A stretch of DNA of 63,123 nucleotides, the filler included, from Octopus bimaculoides (taxonomy: Eukaryota), in NCBI RefSeq assembly GCF_001194135.2. It is 8 parts of 7 records of this genome, joined end to end, with 100 filler letters (N's around TTAATTAATTAA, not from the genome) between each part and the next. Parts side by side here need not be neighbours in the genome. Positions count along the whole stretch, not along the records: positions 1 to 9,486 come from NC_068981.1; positions 9,587 to 23,985 come from NC_068981.1; 6 more parts are not named here. One strand, 5' to 3'. A program made the position numbers and the translations under genes. Under the pieces are notes generated by a model. The model made no database searches and was not told where the DNA came from. It was given only the letters and a program-made list of their open reading frames with translations. Shown piece by piece: positions 1 through 11,059 of this stretch; position 1 is the stretch's first letter, and each line of letters starts with the position of its first letter.

Positions 1-503
1 TATATATATATATATATATATATATTTCAGTAGCTGTATGGTCTGGCTATGTCAAAATGTTTTTTTTGTATTCTTCCTTTCCACTTGGAGTGTTTAAATG
101 TAGTTACAATAATATGTCCTTCTGCTGAAATGAAATTTCAGTAAATTTCTATATCTTTGTGCAGCTGAAGATTGCTCTGCATTTTACATTTAATGTAATG
201 CTTACATTGCTTAAATAAATGGAGTAGCATGAAACGTTATTTCTTATATACTTCTGTCTAGAAATCGAAGGAAATGAATACCATTCCCTTCAAAGTTTGC
301 TTTTGTGACCTGGACATCAATATTTTGAAACTGACCTATTTTCCATCACATTTTAGCCAGCACTGAGATGCTGAAGCAGAAATATCGTTATTGCAAATAT
401 TCTGCACAATACCACAGATTTGCTTGTTAGTTGCTTCACCTTAGCACTCGAGCATATTCCTAAGTTGCTGACAATATGTGCTTCTCTGTTCATGAGCAGG
501 AGC

Positions 504-590
504 AGTGAAAAAGAGAATACTTACGCTGAACTACTGAGAAATCTGTAGTTACTCTACCCAAATTACAAGTTCAGGATTATAGGATACATA
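504..590 (+). mobile_element. Short remnant of RLE-type (R4/Dong-like) non-LTR retrotransposon endonuclease region
   Basis: Translates SEKENTYAELLRNL*LLYPNYKF, clearly homologous to KEKEDIYGQLLRNLQLLYSVYKF at 56450-56520. Confidence 0.6.
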
Positions 591-659
591 CTAACCCGTC
601 TGGAGCAAAGTATGGTTGGTGTTATAAACCATTGACTTTCACTGGCTTTATCGACACCC

Positions 660-1165
660 TTTAATGGAATATCCGAGGGGAAGAATGCAGGAAGCCAGAT
701 AAGTAACGTTAGTATTAGTAACAGATATAAAGATGGTTCGGGTAAATCCTGTAATTATAGAAACCCTAGATTATGTCCCCTTGACGGATTCTATCTGACT
801 ACATATGTTATTTATAAATGCGTTGTTAAAGAGGAGAGTAATTTGGATAGGTTTTACATAGGCAGTACTGTCAATTTTAAGGCGAGGTATAGGGCCCACA
901 TGAATTCGTTTTCGAACGAAAAATATTGTAACTCCACTACACTTACCTCTTATATACATGGTTTAAAGAGGAATAATAAAGTTACTCTCTTGAATGGTCT
1001 ATAATCTCGAGGGCCCCTTATTTTAGAGTTAATATTAACAAGTGTAAGTTGTGCATAAGGGGATCTCTTGCCATCCTTAGGACCTAAATTTACAGAGGTA
1101 ATCCCTTTCTGCAACCATACGTTTTCTTCTACTTTTACTTTTCTGAAAGTATATAGAAGTAAATT
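660..1165 (+). pseudogene. Penelope-like element GIY-YIG endonuclease remnant (frameshifted)
   Basis: From about 732: SGKSCNYRNPRLCPLDGFYLTTYVIYKCVVKEESNLDRFYIGSTVNFKARYRAHMNSFSNEKYCNSTTL; after a frameshift YSLEWSIISRAPY..NKCKLCIR, then KFTEVIPFCNH. Contains VIY/YIG motifs, R-x3-H and the Cys-rich linker; colinear with ORF 23056-23721. Confidence 0.85.
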
Positions 1166-1525
1166 TTTTTTTTTGTGTTAGAATTTTTTTTTGTATCAGA
1201 AAATTTTGGATTGTTCCTGCTATAGTTTATTATCTTTAGATAAGATTTTGCAACCGTATTGTAACTCTTGTGAACGACTTGAGTGTTATGGAATCCGGTT
1301 GCTTTCTGCGTTGTGGAATTTTTTACACCTGTCAAGGTATTGTTGTGCTAAATTGTTATCGTTTAAAATTCTGCCTACTTGTGGGCGTTGTTGAAAATTG
1401 CGTGTTACTCCTGCGGGGGAAAGGAATTGAACGCTGTACTGTTTTTCTGTTGTGGAACTGTTTTTCTTTTACCCTCTTTTTCAGAGTAAAATAATATTCC
1501 CGTAGAGAATTTTTGTTTTTCAAAA

Positions 1526-2530
1526 ATGGAAAATGATAAAAATATAGAAGCGGAGCAAATGGCTCCAAAAGAAAAATTGATAACGAAGGATTATGCTGCA
1601 GTCACGAACGTGTCGCATAAAGACTTATACATAACTAGAATGGAATACCAGGCCTGTTATAACATTCTAACGATATATGGGGGTGATGTTCGCATCTTCT
1701 CACCAAGTGAAATAACTACACAACCTCGTAGTAAAACCATAATATATAAAACTGTCAACATGGAAGAAAAAAAAGATCGGCATTGTCGCCAAGGACAAGA
1801 TAGAGAAATGCTTCGAGCCCATATGGAACGACATAACATATGTGGCTCGGGGCAAGAAATTTGCCTCTATCGAAATAAGATTTAAGGACAATGAGAAAGC
1901 CAAAGAGCACTTGATACGAACGCTCAAAACGAAGAAGGTAGTATTACTACCACCGTATCTGGGACGTAGAATGTCCCGGATAAGAATTGAAGAGGTTTTC
2001 CTGAAGGTAGATGCTGCTTGGAATGTGGAAGCACTTTGTTTTTTTCCGCGAGGAGAAACTGAATATACTTCAAATCACCCGCTTTGCCGCCCAAAATTGG
2101 TTGGGGCAGAGCATAAATATCCTAATTCAGGCCACTCCGGAATACCTAGAAGAAATCCTCGATCTTATGATGATCGGGGATGAGATTGTGTTAAGTCGAG
2201 GGGAAGTAGCCTCGATGTTTTAAATGCGGGAAGAAGGGCCACTTGCGTGTAGAATGTGACCCTCCCAAAACAGAGGCACCCCTCGACTACAGAGGAGAAA
2301 ACAACAAAGAAGAAGAAGGAAACAAAAGAATCAGAGGAGGAAGCAGGAAAAGCCCCAGAGGAGAACAACGTGCTGGCATCGGCGATTGAAGTTCCCTCTC
2401 CAGCGGAGAACATAAAGGTCGTCACACCGGCGGAGGAATACACGGCGGTTACCAAGAAAAGGACTAAACGACTAGAAAAAAAAAAGCGAACACCTGCACG
2501 CAAAATTCGAACAAAACCCCTCCCCTTTAC
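1526..2530 (+). pseudogene. Tx1/L1-like LINE ORF1 (gag-like, CCHC zinc knuckle), frameshifted
   Basis: ORFs 1526-1885, 1842-2183, 2011-2223 and 2256+ join across frameshifts (first in the A8 run near 1767-1774). CFKCGKKGHLRVEC (CX2CX4HX4C) at about 2215-2256 is followed by a Lys/Glu-rich tail. Confidence 0.75.
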
Positions 2531-2937
2531 TCACACGACCCCAGCAGACGTGAAATATAATCGTAAAGACGATTACTTGGATAATATAATTCAGAAGCAC
2601 CATATGACTTCTTCATATGGTGCAAATGGCTATGTGCGCATAGATTCATGTGTATACAAACAATTGAAAGAAAGGCGTCCCGAGGGGATATATGTGTGTA
2701 CGTACACGTATATACATGTGTATGAGTGTATGTATATTGATTGCGTGTGTGAGTGCGTGTATGTTGCACGCGCACGTGTTTATGTATTATCTGTGTTTAT
2801 CTGTTGGTATGCCTGCCAAATCCGCCTTTCATTCAGTAACCTAGAGATTATGAGACATAAAATATAAATAATAAATGAGTGGAAATTGAATCGGTGCGTG
2901 TGTGTTAGATATTAAGGCAGTATGACTCTCCCCAGAC

Positions 2938-2939
2938 AC

Positions 2940-3022
<83 letters not shown>
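2938..3022. repeat. (TATC)n microsatellite
   Basis: Direct reading. Confidence 0.95.
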
Positions 3023-3025
<3 letters not shown>

Positions 3026-3221
3026 TTATATATAACGTTGACCACTAACGTGGACATTCAATGTACTAGATATAGATCACATCTTGTGTCTACTAAGACC
3101 TAAATTGTTCTCAAAACGAAATTTAGCGGACTACCAAAGCGTAAGCGGGCAAGACATTTAAAATTACCTAAAAAATCATTATCAAATAGGGACCGGTTTC
3201 AAAATTAACAATCTTACCGAC

Positions 3222-3263
<42 letters not shown>

Positions 3264-4595
3264 GTGTGTGTGTGTGTTGTGTGAGTGCGTGTAATGTGTT
3301 GCGATGCACGCTTGTCTGTTTGTATACCCACCAAATCCGACTTGCATTCAATAACTCAAAGAGGATGAAACATAAAAGAAACACAAATGTAAATGTAACA
3401 AAATATGTAACAAGCACTACTTAGATATTTACAGTAGCAACCGAAGCAACAGTGGCACAAATAATAACAATAACAGTAACAGAAGTACTCGTAGCAGTGA
3501 TAACAAAAGCGGCAACAGACGTATCAGGTTAACGAAGAAGTATCTTCACAGACGCTTCAATCCCACCAGTGGTTCCCGACTCTTTTATTTATATGAATTT
3601 TCTCCCATAGATTCCTTTTAATATTCTTATCATTATATGAAATGTTGAACTTAGTTCAGGAATCTCCAGTACTACCTTTGCGGACCCCACGTTGGGAGTC
3701 ACTGGTATTATTGCTTTCTTAAACCCAATTGTACAACAGTGCCCCAGAATGGTTGTAGCTCTCGAGCTGAAACTAGTAAACAAAGAAATAAAAACAAACA
3801 AACAAACAAACAAACAAACAAAACAGCCGGGAAGGATGCATTTGGTAATGAAGTACGTACGTGATGTACAAAAAAAGATGGGATGGTCATAGCCGAAATG
3901 CCTGTGACGAAGATCATAGGTTTGTTTACTCAGTCAGTGTTGACTTGGGGTTGGCCAACAATAACAATAAAAAACAACAACGATATTAGACCGTCCCTGC
4001 TGCTGCTGCTGCTGTCACCACCGCCACCAGCACCATCACCATCACAAGCACCATCACCACCACCAGTACCAGCACCAACACCACCAGCACCACCAAAACT
4101 ACTCTCATCATCATCATCATCATTATCNNNNNNNNNNNNNNNNNNNNNNNNNNNNNNNNNNNNNNNNNNNNNNNNNNNNNNNNNNNNNNNNNNNNNNNNN
4201 NNNNNNNNNNNNNNNNNNNNNNNNNNNNNNNNNNNNNNNNNNNNNNNNNNNNNNNNNNNNNNNNNNNNNNNNNNNNNNNNNNNNNNNNNNNNNNNNNNNN
4301 NNNNNNNNNNNNNNNNNNNNNNNNNNNNNNNNNNNNNNNNNNNNNNNNNNNNNNNNNNNNNNNNNNNNNNNNNNNNNNNNNNNNNNNNNNNNNNNNNGAT
4401 TAAATAATTTGAAACGATCTAAGGGAGATAACTGAAAGTATAAATGCTGAAAACTACTTCGAAATATTTTAAAAAGGTTTTTGTTTCCCCTCAGCCCCAT
4501 CATCTCACCCCGTTATGCTGCTGCTGTCCTAAGACCCTGCCCCCGCAAACAAACAAAAAACGTTAAGGAATTAAGAACTTAAACTTATACACACA

Positions 4596-4910
4596 GGCGT
4601 AGGCGTGGCTGAGTGGTAAGAAGCTTGCTTCCTAACCTCATGGTTCGGGGTTTAGTCCCACTGTGTGACACCTGGGTCAAGTGTCTTTCGCAATAATTTC
4701 GGGCCAACCAAAGCCTTCTGACTGGATTTGGTAGACGGAAACTGAAGGAAGCCCGTCGTATATGTATATCTATGTGTGTGTGTGTGTGTGTCTTTCTGTC
4801 TGTGTTTGTCCCCTACTACCGCTTGATAACTAGTGATGGTTTGTAACGTTCTCGTAACATGGTGGTTCGGCAAAAGAGAACGATGGAATAAGTACCAGGC
4901 TAAAAAAAAA
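4596..4910 (+). mobile_element. tRNA-derived SINE, family A (GGCGTAGG(A/C)GTGGCTG head)
   Basis: A/B-box-like head, internal (TG)n and GGTTCGGCAAAAGAG..AATAAGTAC tail; homologous to copies at 44924, 47555, 50483 and 60348. Confidence 0.85.
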
Positions 4911-5175
4911 AAGAAAAAAAAGAAAAAGAAAGAAAAACGTTTTTTCTAAGGACCCAGTGCATTGTTCATTTCGGAAATCGAACTCATGACCTTACGATCG
5001 CTTGCCCAACTACCTAACCACTGGGAAAAGCGCATTTTGTTGGAATGCTTAGAACAGAGGAAATTTTACTGAAGGCATTGGAAAAACTTAGCTTTTACTT
5101 GTTGGGTTAACGGTGTGATGTGGAACACATTAGGAGGTGAAACTCCTTTGCTGACCCCTTCATATAGCCGATTGA

Positions 5176-5491
5176 GAAAGAGGGAGAGGGAGAGAGAGAG
5201 AGAGGAAGAGGGAGAGAGAGAGAGGGAGAAAGAGAGTGACCGAAATAGGAGAGAGAGACAGAGAAAGAATGAGAGACAGAAGGAGAGAGAAAGAGAGAGA
5301 GGAAGAGACAGGAAGGGAGATAGAGGAAGAGGGAGAGAAGGAGAGAGACGGAGACAGGGATAGAGAAAGAGACAGAGGAAGGGAGAGAAACGAAGAGAGT
5401 GAAAGAAAGAGAGAAAGAGAGTAATAGTGATAGAGAGTGAGAGAAGAGAGAAAGAAAGACAGAGAGAGAAGGGAGAGAAAGCTAGAGGGAG

Positions 5492-5525
<34 letters not shown>

Positions 5526-5590
5526 GATAGATAGATAGATAGATTGATAGATAGAAAGAGATAGATCGATAGATAGATAGATGGATAGAA
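5176..5590. repeat. GA-rich and (GATA)n simple repeats
   Basis: Direct reading; accounts for ORFs 5066-5698, 5115-5363 and 5236-5424. Confidence 0.95.
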
Positions 5591-5659
5591 TAATGTTTGC
5601 CTCTCAAACCCTCTTTCACGGGACGAAGAGATGATAGTCCAGTGGCGATGATAGTCCAG

Positions 5660-5906
5660 TGACGTGGAAGTGAAAACTGTAGTGAAGAAGTGGCTCAAAG
5701 AACAGTCAACAGAATTTTACGAGGCTGGAATACATGTTCTCATTCATAGGTGGAACATTGTTATTGAGAGAAACGGTGACTATGTTGAGAAGGAGGGATG
5801 TGATCCACAGAGGACCAGCTTCATTTTAATGTATGATACATATATTTGTGTTGGTACTTATATCTGTCCTAAACAAAATGGCATTACTTTTTGACTCACC
5901 CTCATA
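5660..5906 (+). mobile_element. mariner transposon 3' remnant with right TIR and TA
   Basis: EVKTVVKKWLKEQSTEFYEAGIHVLIHRWNIVIERNGDYVEK matches the mariner transposase C-terminus; ends TTTTGACTCACCCTCA-TA. Confidence 0.8.
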
Positions 5907-6298
5907 GATATTGCAAGGCAGGCACTATTAACAATTCTCCTATTAAATCAATATAAATATTAAGATTATACGGTAGTTATCTCCCCTTAACAGAGTTATT
6001 TCCCTTAAAAAAGTTATTTTTCCCTATAAATAAATTTAGTATTTTAATATTTTCTCGATTAATATAACATTATTCTCACATTTCAGACGTTAAATTTAAT
6101 ACTAAATGTCCATAAAATATTTTAATATTAAATTCAAATTACGATAAACGTAAACAAACAAACGAAGTTTGCTTTTAGAAGCGTTGAGATGTCTTAGAAA
6201 GTTAAAGTAGTGATTTTTAAATTCTCAAACGCAGGATAATGCTAATAATATAGCCTGAACAGGATAAGCTACTCCTATTTTGCAGAAAAAGTGTTGGC

Positions 6299-6376
6299 GG
6301 CCAGCTATGAGACTCGAACTCACACGTCCGTGATTACGCGTCGCAGTGCTCTTAGACCGATTAAGCTAAACTGTCC
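6299..6376 (-). tRNA. tRNA-like pseudogene (possible CGT anticodon, Thr-like)
   Basis: Minus strand GGACAGTTTAGCTTAATCGGTCTAAGAGCACTGCGACGCGTAATCACGGACGTGTGAGTTCGAGTCTCATAGCTGGCC has A and B boxes and T-stem GTGAG/CTCAT, with mismatches in the acceptor and anticodon stems; T5 run about 9 nt downstream. Confidence 0.55.
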
Positions 6377-7709
6377 ACACATTTTTATAGTTTGGAAGTA
6401 AACTATTAATAGGTCTCATATATATTGTCTGTCCTTCGTATTTTCTACTGGAGAATACAAAGTGTAAACTGATCTCCGAAGAATTTAGGAAGGTACAACT
6501 TTTCATGTAATGAGTAAATAGGTATCGTAATATCAGTTTTTCTTTCACGATTCAACAAGAAAAACATTGAAAATTTTAGGAATACATTTTATTTACATTT
6601 TAAACATGAGATTTTGTTATTATTTAAACCAACAGTGTTTGATATATTTAGAAGTAAGTTGCCTGGTTAAGTTGTTTAATTTTTTGAAGTTCCATTCTGC
6701 TTGAATGATACTCTTTAGGTCCTCATCCAATACGGGGGCCTCTACGTGGGCACTCGTTTGTTCTTACTGAAATACTGTAAAAATCCCTGAAATATGAGAT
6801 GCAAAAAACAAAGAAATAAAGAAATAAAGAAAAAAGACTAGATGGTCATTGTTGTAATGCCGTTGACCACAGGTCTACTCTATCAGGGCTGATTTGAGAT
6901 TTAAAACAATAATGGTCTAAAGTTATTATATGTAAATAAAAGAAAAACGAAAAATACCTTAAGATTATACATTTCCATTTTCACCAAGTATTTTCATAAA
7001 TTAAGTCATCATTTAAATGTTATGACATATAAATAATATTTATCAATTCAATATTTGATTTCCATGCTCATGTTTTTATATTTTTATTTTAATATATTTA
7101 GCATTTGTCTTCTCTCACAAAGACCTGACTTTTACTGTCGAATGTGTGCAGTTCGAAGCGAGGCGGGAAGCACCTCTGGAGGCCTTTTCAATTTGGAATG
7201 CAGCTAATAGATCTGATGCAAAGGTAGTCAGCATAAACTGTACAAATTGACTGACTTGAAGTACGTGAACGTTTGGGGCGCAGTAAGTTGGTTAAGTCTT
7301 GTGAGTAAGAATATTCTGAAAAGTTGCCAGAAACAATCCATTTGGTGATGGACCAAAATGCTCTACTGTAGTTTGGCAAGCAGAAGTTGTAAGCTGTACA
7401 GTATTCGAAGGTGTATTGCAATCGGCAGGATGATGGGTTAAATCATGCAGGTGTTGTTGACTGCTTTTTGCCAGTATTTATACAGCACAACTGTAAGTGA
7501 ATCACCTGAGTCCTTGCGGATTATGAGTTTTGCATGTGTTAGGGATATGAAAAGATATTATTGAAAGGATAGTATTAGTTATCCATTTATCTGTCTTAGA
7601 TTGGTTGGCGATGAAACACATCCGATACTAAGATAAAAAGGGCAAAATAGCTGATCTGAAGTGGACGTGTGGTTGTGGGTGGCATAATTGTGCAGTGAGG
7701 GACATATAA

Positions 7710-8475
7710 GGATCTAGGCAATGGTGACCTCTCCCTCGACCCTGAGATCGGCAGGCGAATTGGACGATCCTCTTCAACATTTGCCAGGCTCACAAAGAGA
7801 ATTTGGGAAAACAGAAAACTGGCCACAAACACCAAGATTGCTGTCTATAAGGTGTGCATCCTCAGTACACTACTTTACGGTAGTGAATCATGGAGCCTCT
7901 ACTCCAGACAGGAGCGGCGTCTCAACGTCATCCACCTTCGTAATTCGAGACACATCTTGGATATCAGGTGGACGAACGCATCACCAACACCGAAGTCCTC
8001 AACCGCGCCAAGATACCCAGTTTATTCACCTACTCCAGTAGCGCTGGCTCGGTCATGAACATCGCATGCCGGACGGGAGGATCTCAAAAGACATCCTGTA
8101 TGGGGAAATGGCCCCCGGCACAGGAGCACGAGGGTGACCTTATCTTTGTTTCAAGGACGTCTGCAAGAGAGATATGGACGCCCTGTGATGGATGCAGATT
8201 GCAAATGATCGCCTTCGCTGGAGAGAAATACTGCGAAATGGGATGAAGCGAGGGAAAAAGAAAAAGGAACTTGCTACCAAAGAAAAGCGCACTCGACGAA
8301 AAGAAAAACCAGTAGCTCCGATAGAGAGCTCCTTCAAATACATACTCTGTATGCGTGACTGCCACTCTTGTGTGGACCTCTGCGGCGACAGCAGACACTG
8401 CACCAACATCAACAGCTAACACAATTTCTTCGGGTGAAGATCCATGGTATCTCGAAACCGACGGATGCCTACTTA
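7710..8475 (+). mobile_element. RTE (BovB-like) LINE 3' fragment, degenerate
   Basis: RRIGRSSSTFARLTKRIWENRKL..KIAVYKVCILSTLLYGSESW..RWLGH..RMPDGRISKDILYGE..FKDVCKRD, with decayed C-terminal Cys/His finger; several frameshifts. Confidence 0.9.
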
Positions 8476-9175
8476 TTGTCCAGTAAGATATGAAGGGTAA
8501 CGTCTTGATTAGGTTCTATTCATACGAAGGAATGGGCATTTAGGTAAATACTGGCTTCGTATATGAAGTGAAATTTNNNNNNNNNNTGTGTGTGTGTGTG
8601 TGTGTGTGTATATTTATATATCACAAAATCGAACCAACGCGGTTCTTAGATCAGCTAGAAATACCAACCAAATCTGTCTCAGCCCAATCCTACTTTTTGG
8701 AAAGAAGGACACATTGGATAATGCAGTTGTTCTGAAAGTGTTAAATGTCGAGGACTTCTCAAATATTATTGATTTTTTTTTGTTCATTTCCTCTTTATGT
8801 GAAACAGATTTCATATCCATGTATAATGTTTCTTCCGTCGCTATAATGTTTGACAAATATATACAGTTTACTATTAAACATAACAGTTTGTGTGCCCTCT
8901 GTTCAATCATCATACCCACCCCTGCAATAAGAAACATAAAGATAATGCAGTCTGAGATATACTACGATTGTATACTACGATTGAATGATTGGTGGCGTAG
9001 CCAAGAGTTTTACTCTCGTTTATTATAATTAAGTGTGGAAAGTTAAAATCTAAGGGAGGCAACTTTGCATATATTTTCAATAGGTGTTGATTCCCTTGAT
9101 AATTAACTTTTAACTGCTTAAGGGGAGGTAAGAATAAATATCCTTAATATTAATCTTTTAAAAAAAGGAAAAATA

Positions 9176-9486
9176 CGGTGAGCTGGCAGAATCGTTAGCA
9201 CGCCGGGCGAGATACTTAGCGGTATTTTGTCTGCCGCTACGTTCTGAGTTCAAATTCCGCTGGGGTCGACTTTGCCTTTCATGCTTTCGGGGTCGATTAA
9301 ATAAGTACCAGTTACGCACTGGGGTCGATATAATCGACTTAATCTGTTTGTCTGTCTTTGTTTGTCCCCTCTGTGTGTTGCCCCTTGTGGGCAGTAAAGA
9401 AATAAGAATCGTTAGCACGTCAGGCAAATTGTTTAGCAGCATCTCGTCCGCCATTATGTTCTAAGTTCAAATTCTGCCGAGATCGA
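9176..9486 (+). mobile_element. tRNA-derived SINE family B, one full copy plus a second head in tandem
   Basis: GGTGAGCTGGCAGAATCGTTAGCACGCCGGGC head and TTCTGAGTTCAAATTCCG..GGTCGACTTTGCCTTTCAT body; many homologues in the window. Confidence 0.85.
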
Positions 9487-9586
9487 NNNNNNNNNNNNNN
9501 NNNNNNNNNNNNNNNNNNNNNNNNNNNNNNTTAATTAATTAANNNNNNNNNNNNNNNNNNNNNNNNNNNNNNNNNNNNNNNNNNNN
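9487..9586. other. Artificial scaffold spacer N44-TTAATTAATTAA-N44 (also at 24030, 32873, 42866, 49255, 60772, 61905)
   Basis: Identical six-frame-stop 12-mer centred in 100-bp N blocks, seven times. Confidence 0.95.
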
Positions 9587-10326
9587 CGTACCTCTTCAAA
9601 CACTCATTACCAAACAGCCTTTTCGCCACCAGCTTCGTTCAACCAAGATTACCACCGTGACGACAACAATTACTACTACCAACTACAAGCATTCCCCCGA
9701 CGTCGCCATGTTTCAACAGAACATCAATGTACTGTCTACCACAATGTCGTGCGCCAACAACCCCACCACCAGGGACACACCAGATCAACACACTCGGTTT
9801 TATCGACTCTGTTAAAGTGGATGTTTCCACTCACGCACAACAGTAAGAGCTAGCCCAATTGAATATTCCGTACCGGGTAACCGGTCACAACTAGCATTCC
9901 GGCGCTCAACTATAGCTCTGCTCCTTGACCACAACTTCCTGAGTACGGACATTCAAAATCAACTTGTGTAACTCTTGTACGAACTGGATTTTTTCTCTAC
10001 AGACACTTTTACTATGTTCTGTGTTTTCACTCACAACACACTTGTGCACTCATATATTTACTTTCCTTTCAGGGAAAACATACAATCAGACTTTTACATC
10101 GCGTGATTCCAGTTTCCTGGACAGTTGTCATCACGGTTGTTTTGTCATTGTCATTTCATTTGTACATTGCATGCATGTATCACACGAGTGTACATTTCAT
10201 TTCTTTAATTTTTCTTTGTGTGTGTTTTGTGCTACATCTTGTGGGTGGTTTTCAGTGGCCATCCTGCCTCAGGCGTTCTAACAGATTTCATATTATCGTG
10301 CGTTTCTCGCACTGGCAAGGGAGCGC

Positions 10327-10655
10327 TGTAGTAACGCCGTGCGCATGCGTAGTCTCACGCATGCGTGGAATTAAACAAGCAAGCTTTCCCGCTTAATTCT
10401 ATCTCTTTCTTACTGGCCAGCAATAGAGCATGGACGTGTCAAGCAGTGTCTCCAACATTCCAACCTGGAGACAGTCTCTTTACGTGTATAGCTGTCACTC
10501 TCCATCTTTCGGACTCGCTCACATCTACATAACAACGTCCCAACAACTATGCTCACACACATAGAAGCTGTAACAACAAGAGCTAAAAATGTATATATTT
10601 ACCACCTGAATAAATGTTGTTTAAGTTGATAGTCTGGAGTTCAGCGTTCCGTTAT
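10327..10655 (+). mobile_element. Candidate LTR preceded by a PPT-like tract
   Basis: GGCAAGGGAGCGC|TGTAGTAAC start, AATAAA near 10607, ends about CCGTTATA; no paired LTR or TSD seen. Confidence 0.4.
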
Positions 10656-11059
10656 ATATTCTTAATTTTATATAGGAAAGTCAGGTATACATCTAATGAT
10701 GTATAACCAACTTTCCTATAGTATCATAATAAGGTTCTGATCAAAGATCTTGTTATTTTAAAAATGTAGGAGAAAACTTTTCAAATATTAATAAAGTGGG
10801 AGTATACAAAAAAGAAAAAAAAAATCCATTTTACTTTTAATTTTGTTTCATTTTGAAAAATGAAAAAACCCAAAAAACTTAATGGTTTATTATTGTTTAT
10901 ATTTTGAATGACACATATATGAAGGCATATGGGTCTTAATCTGGCTCTGAACTGATCTGGGACTAAACAGTAACAACCGAGTTGGTTTCGAGCAAATGAA
11001 GGAAGGTCTCCGTGTGATCGCAAGACCTACTAAAAATAACAGCCAATAAGATTTTTTAA

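Noticed and set aside
3540-3815. Possible exon or transposon peptide on the minus strand
   Set aside because: No frame gave a recognisable motif; stops in all frames.
5066-5698. Low-complexity ORFs (SL, HT, YI, VC, poly-X repeats) throughout the window
   Set aside because: Translations of microsatellites, with no coding evidence.
9531-9542. Recurrent TTAATTAATTAA motif as a biological repeat
   Set aside because: Always centred in N44 blocks; an assembly spacer with stops in six frames.
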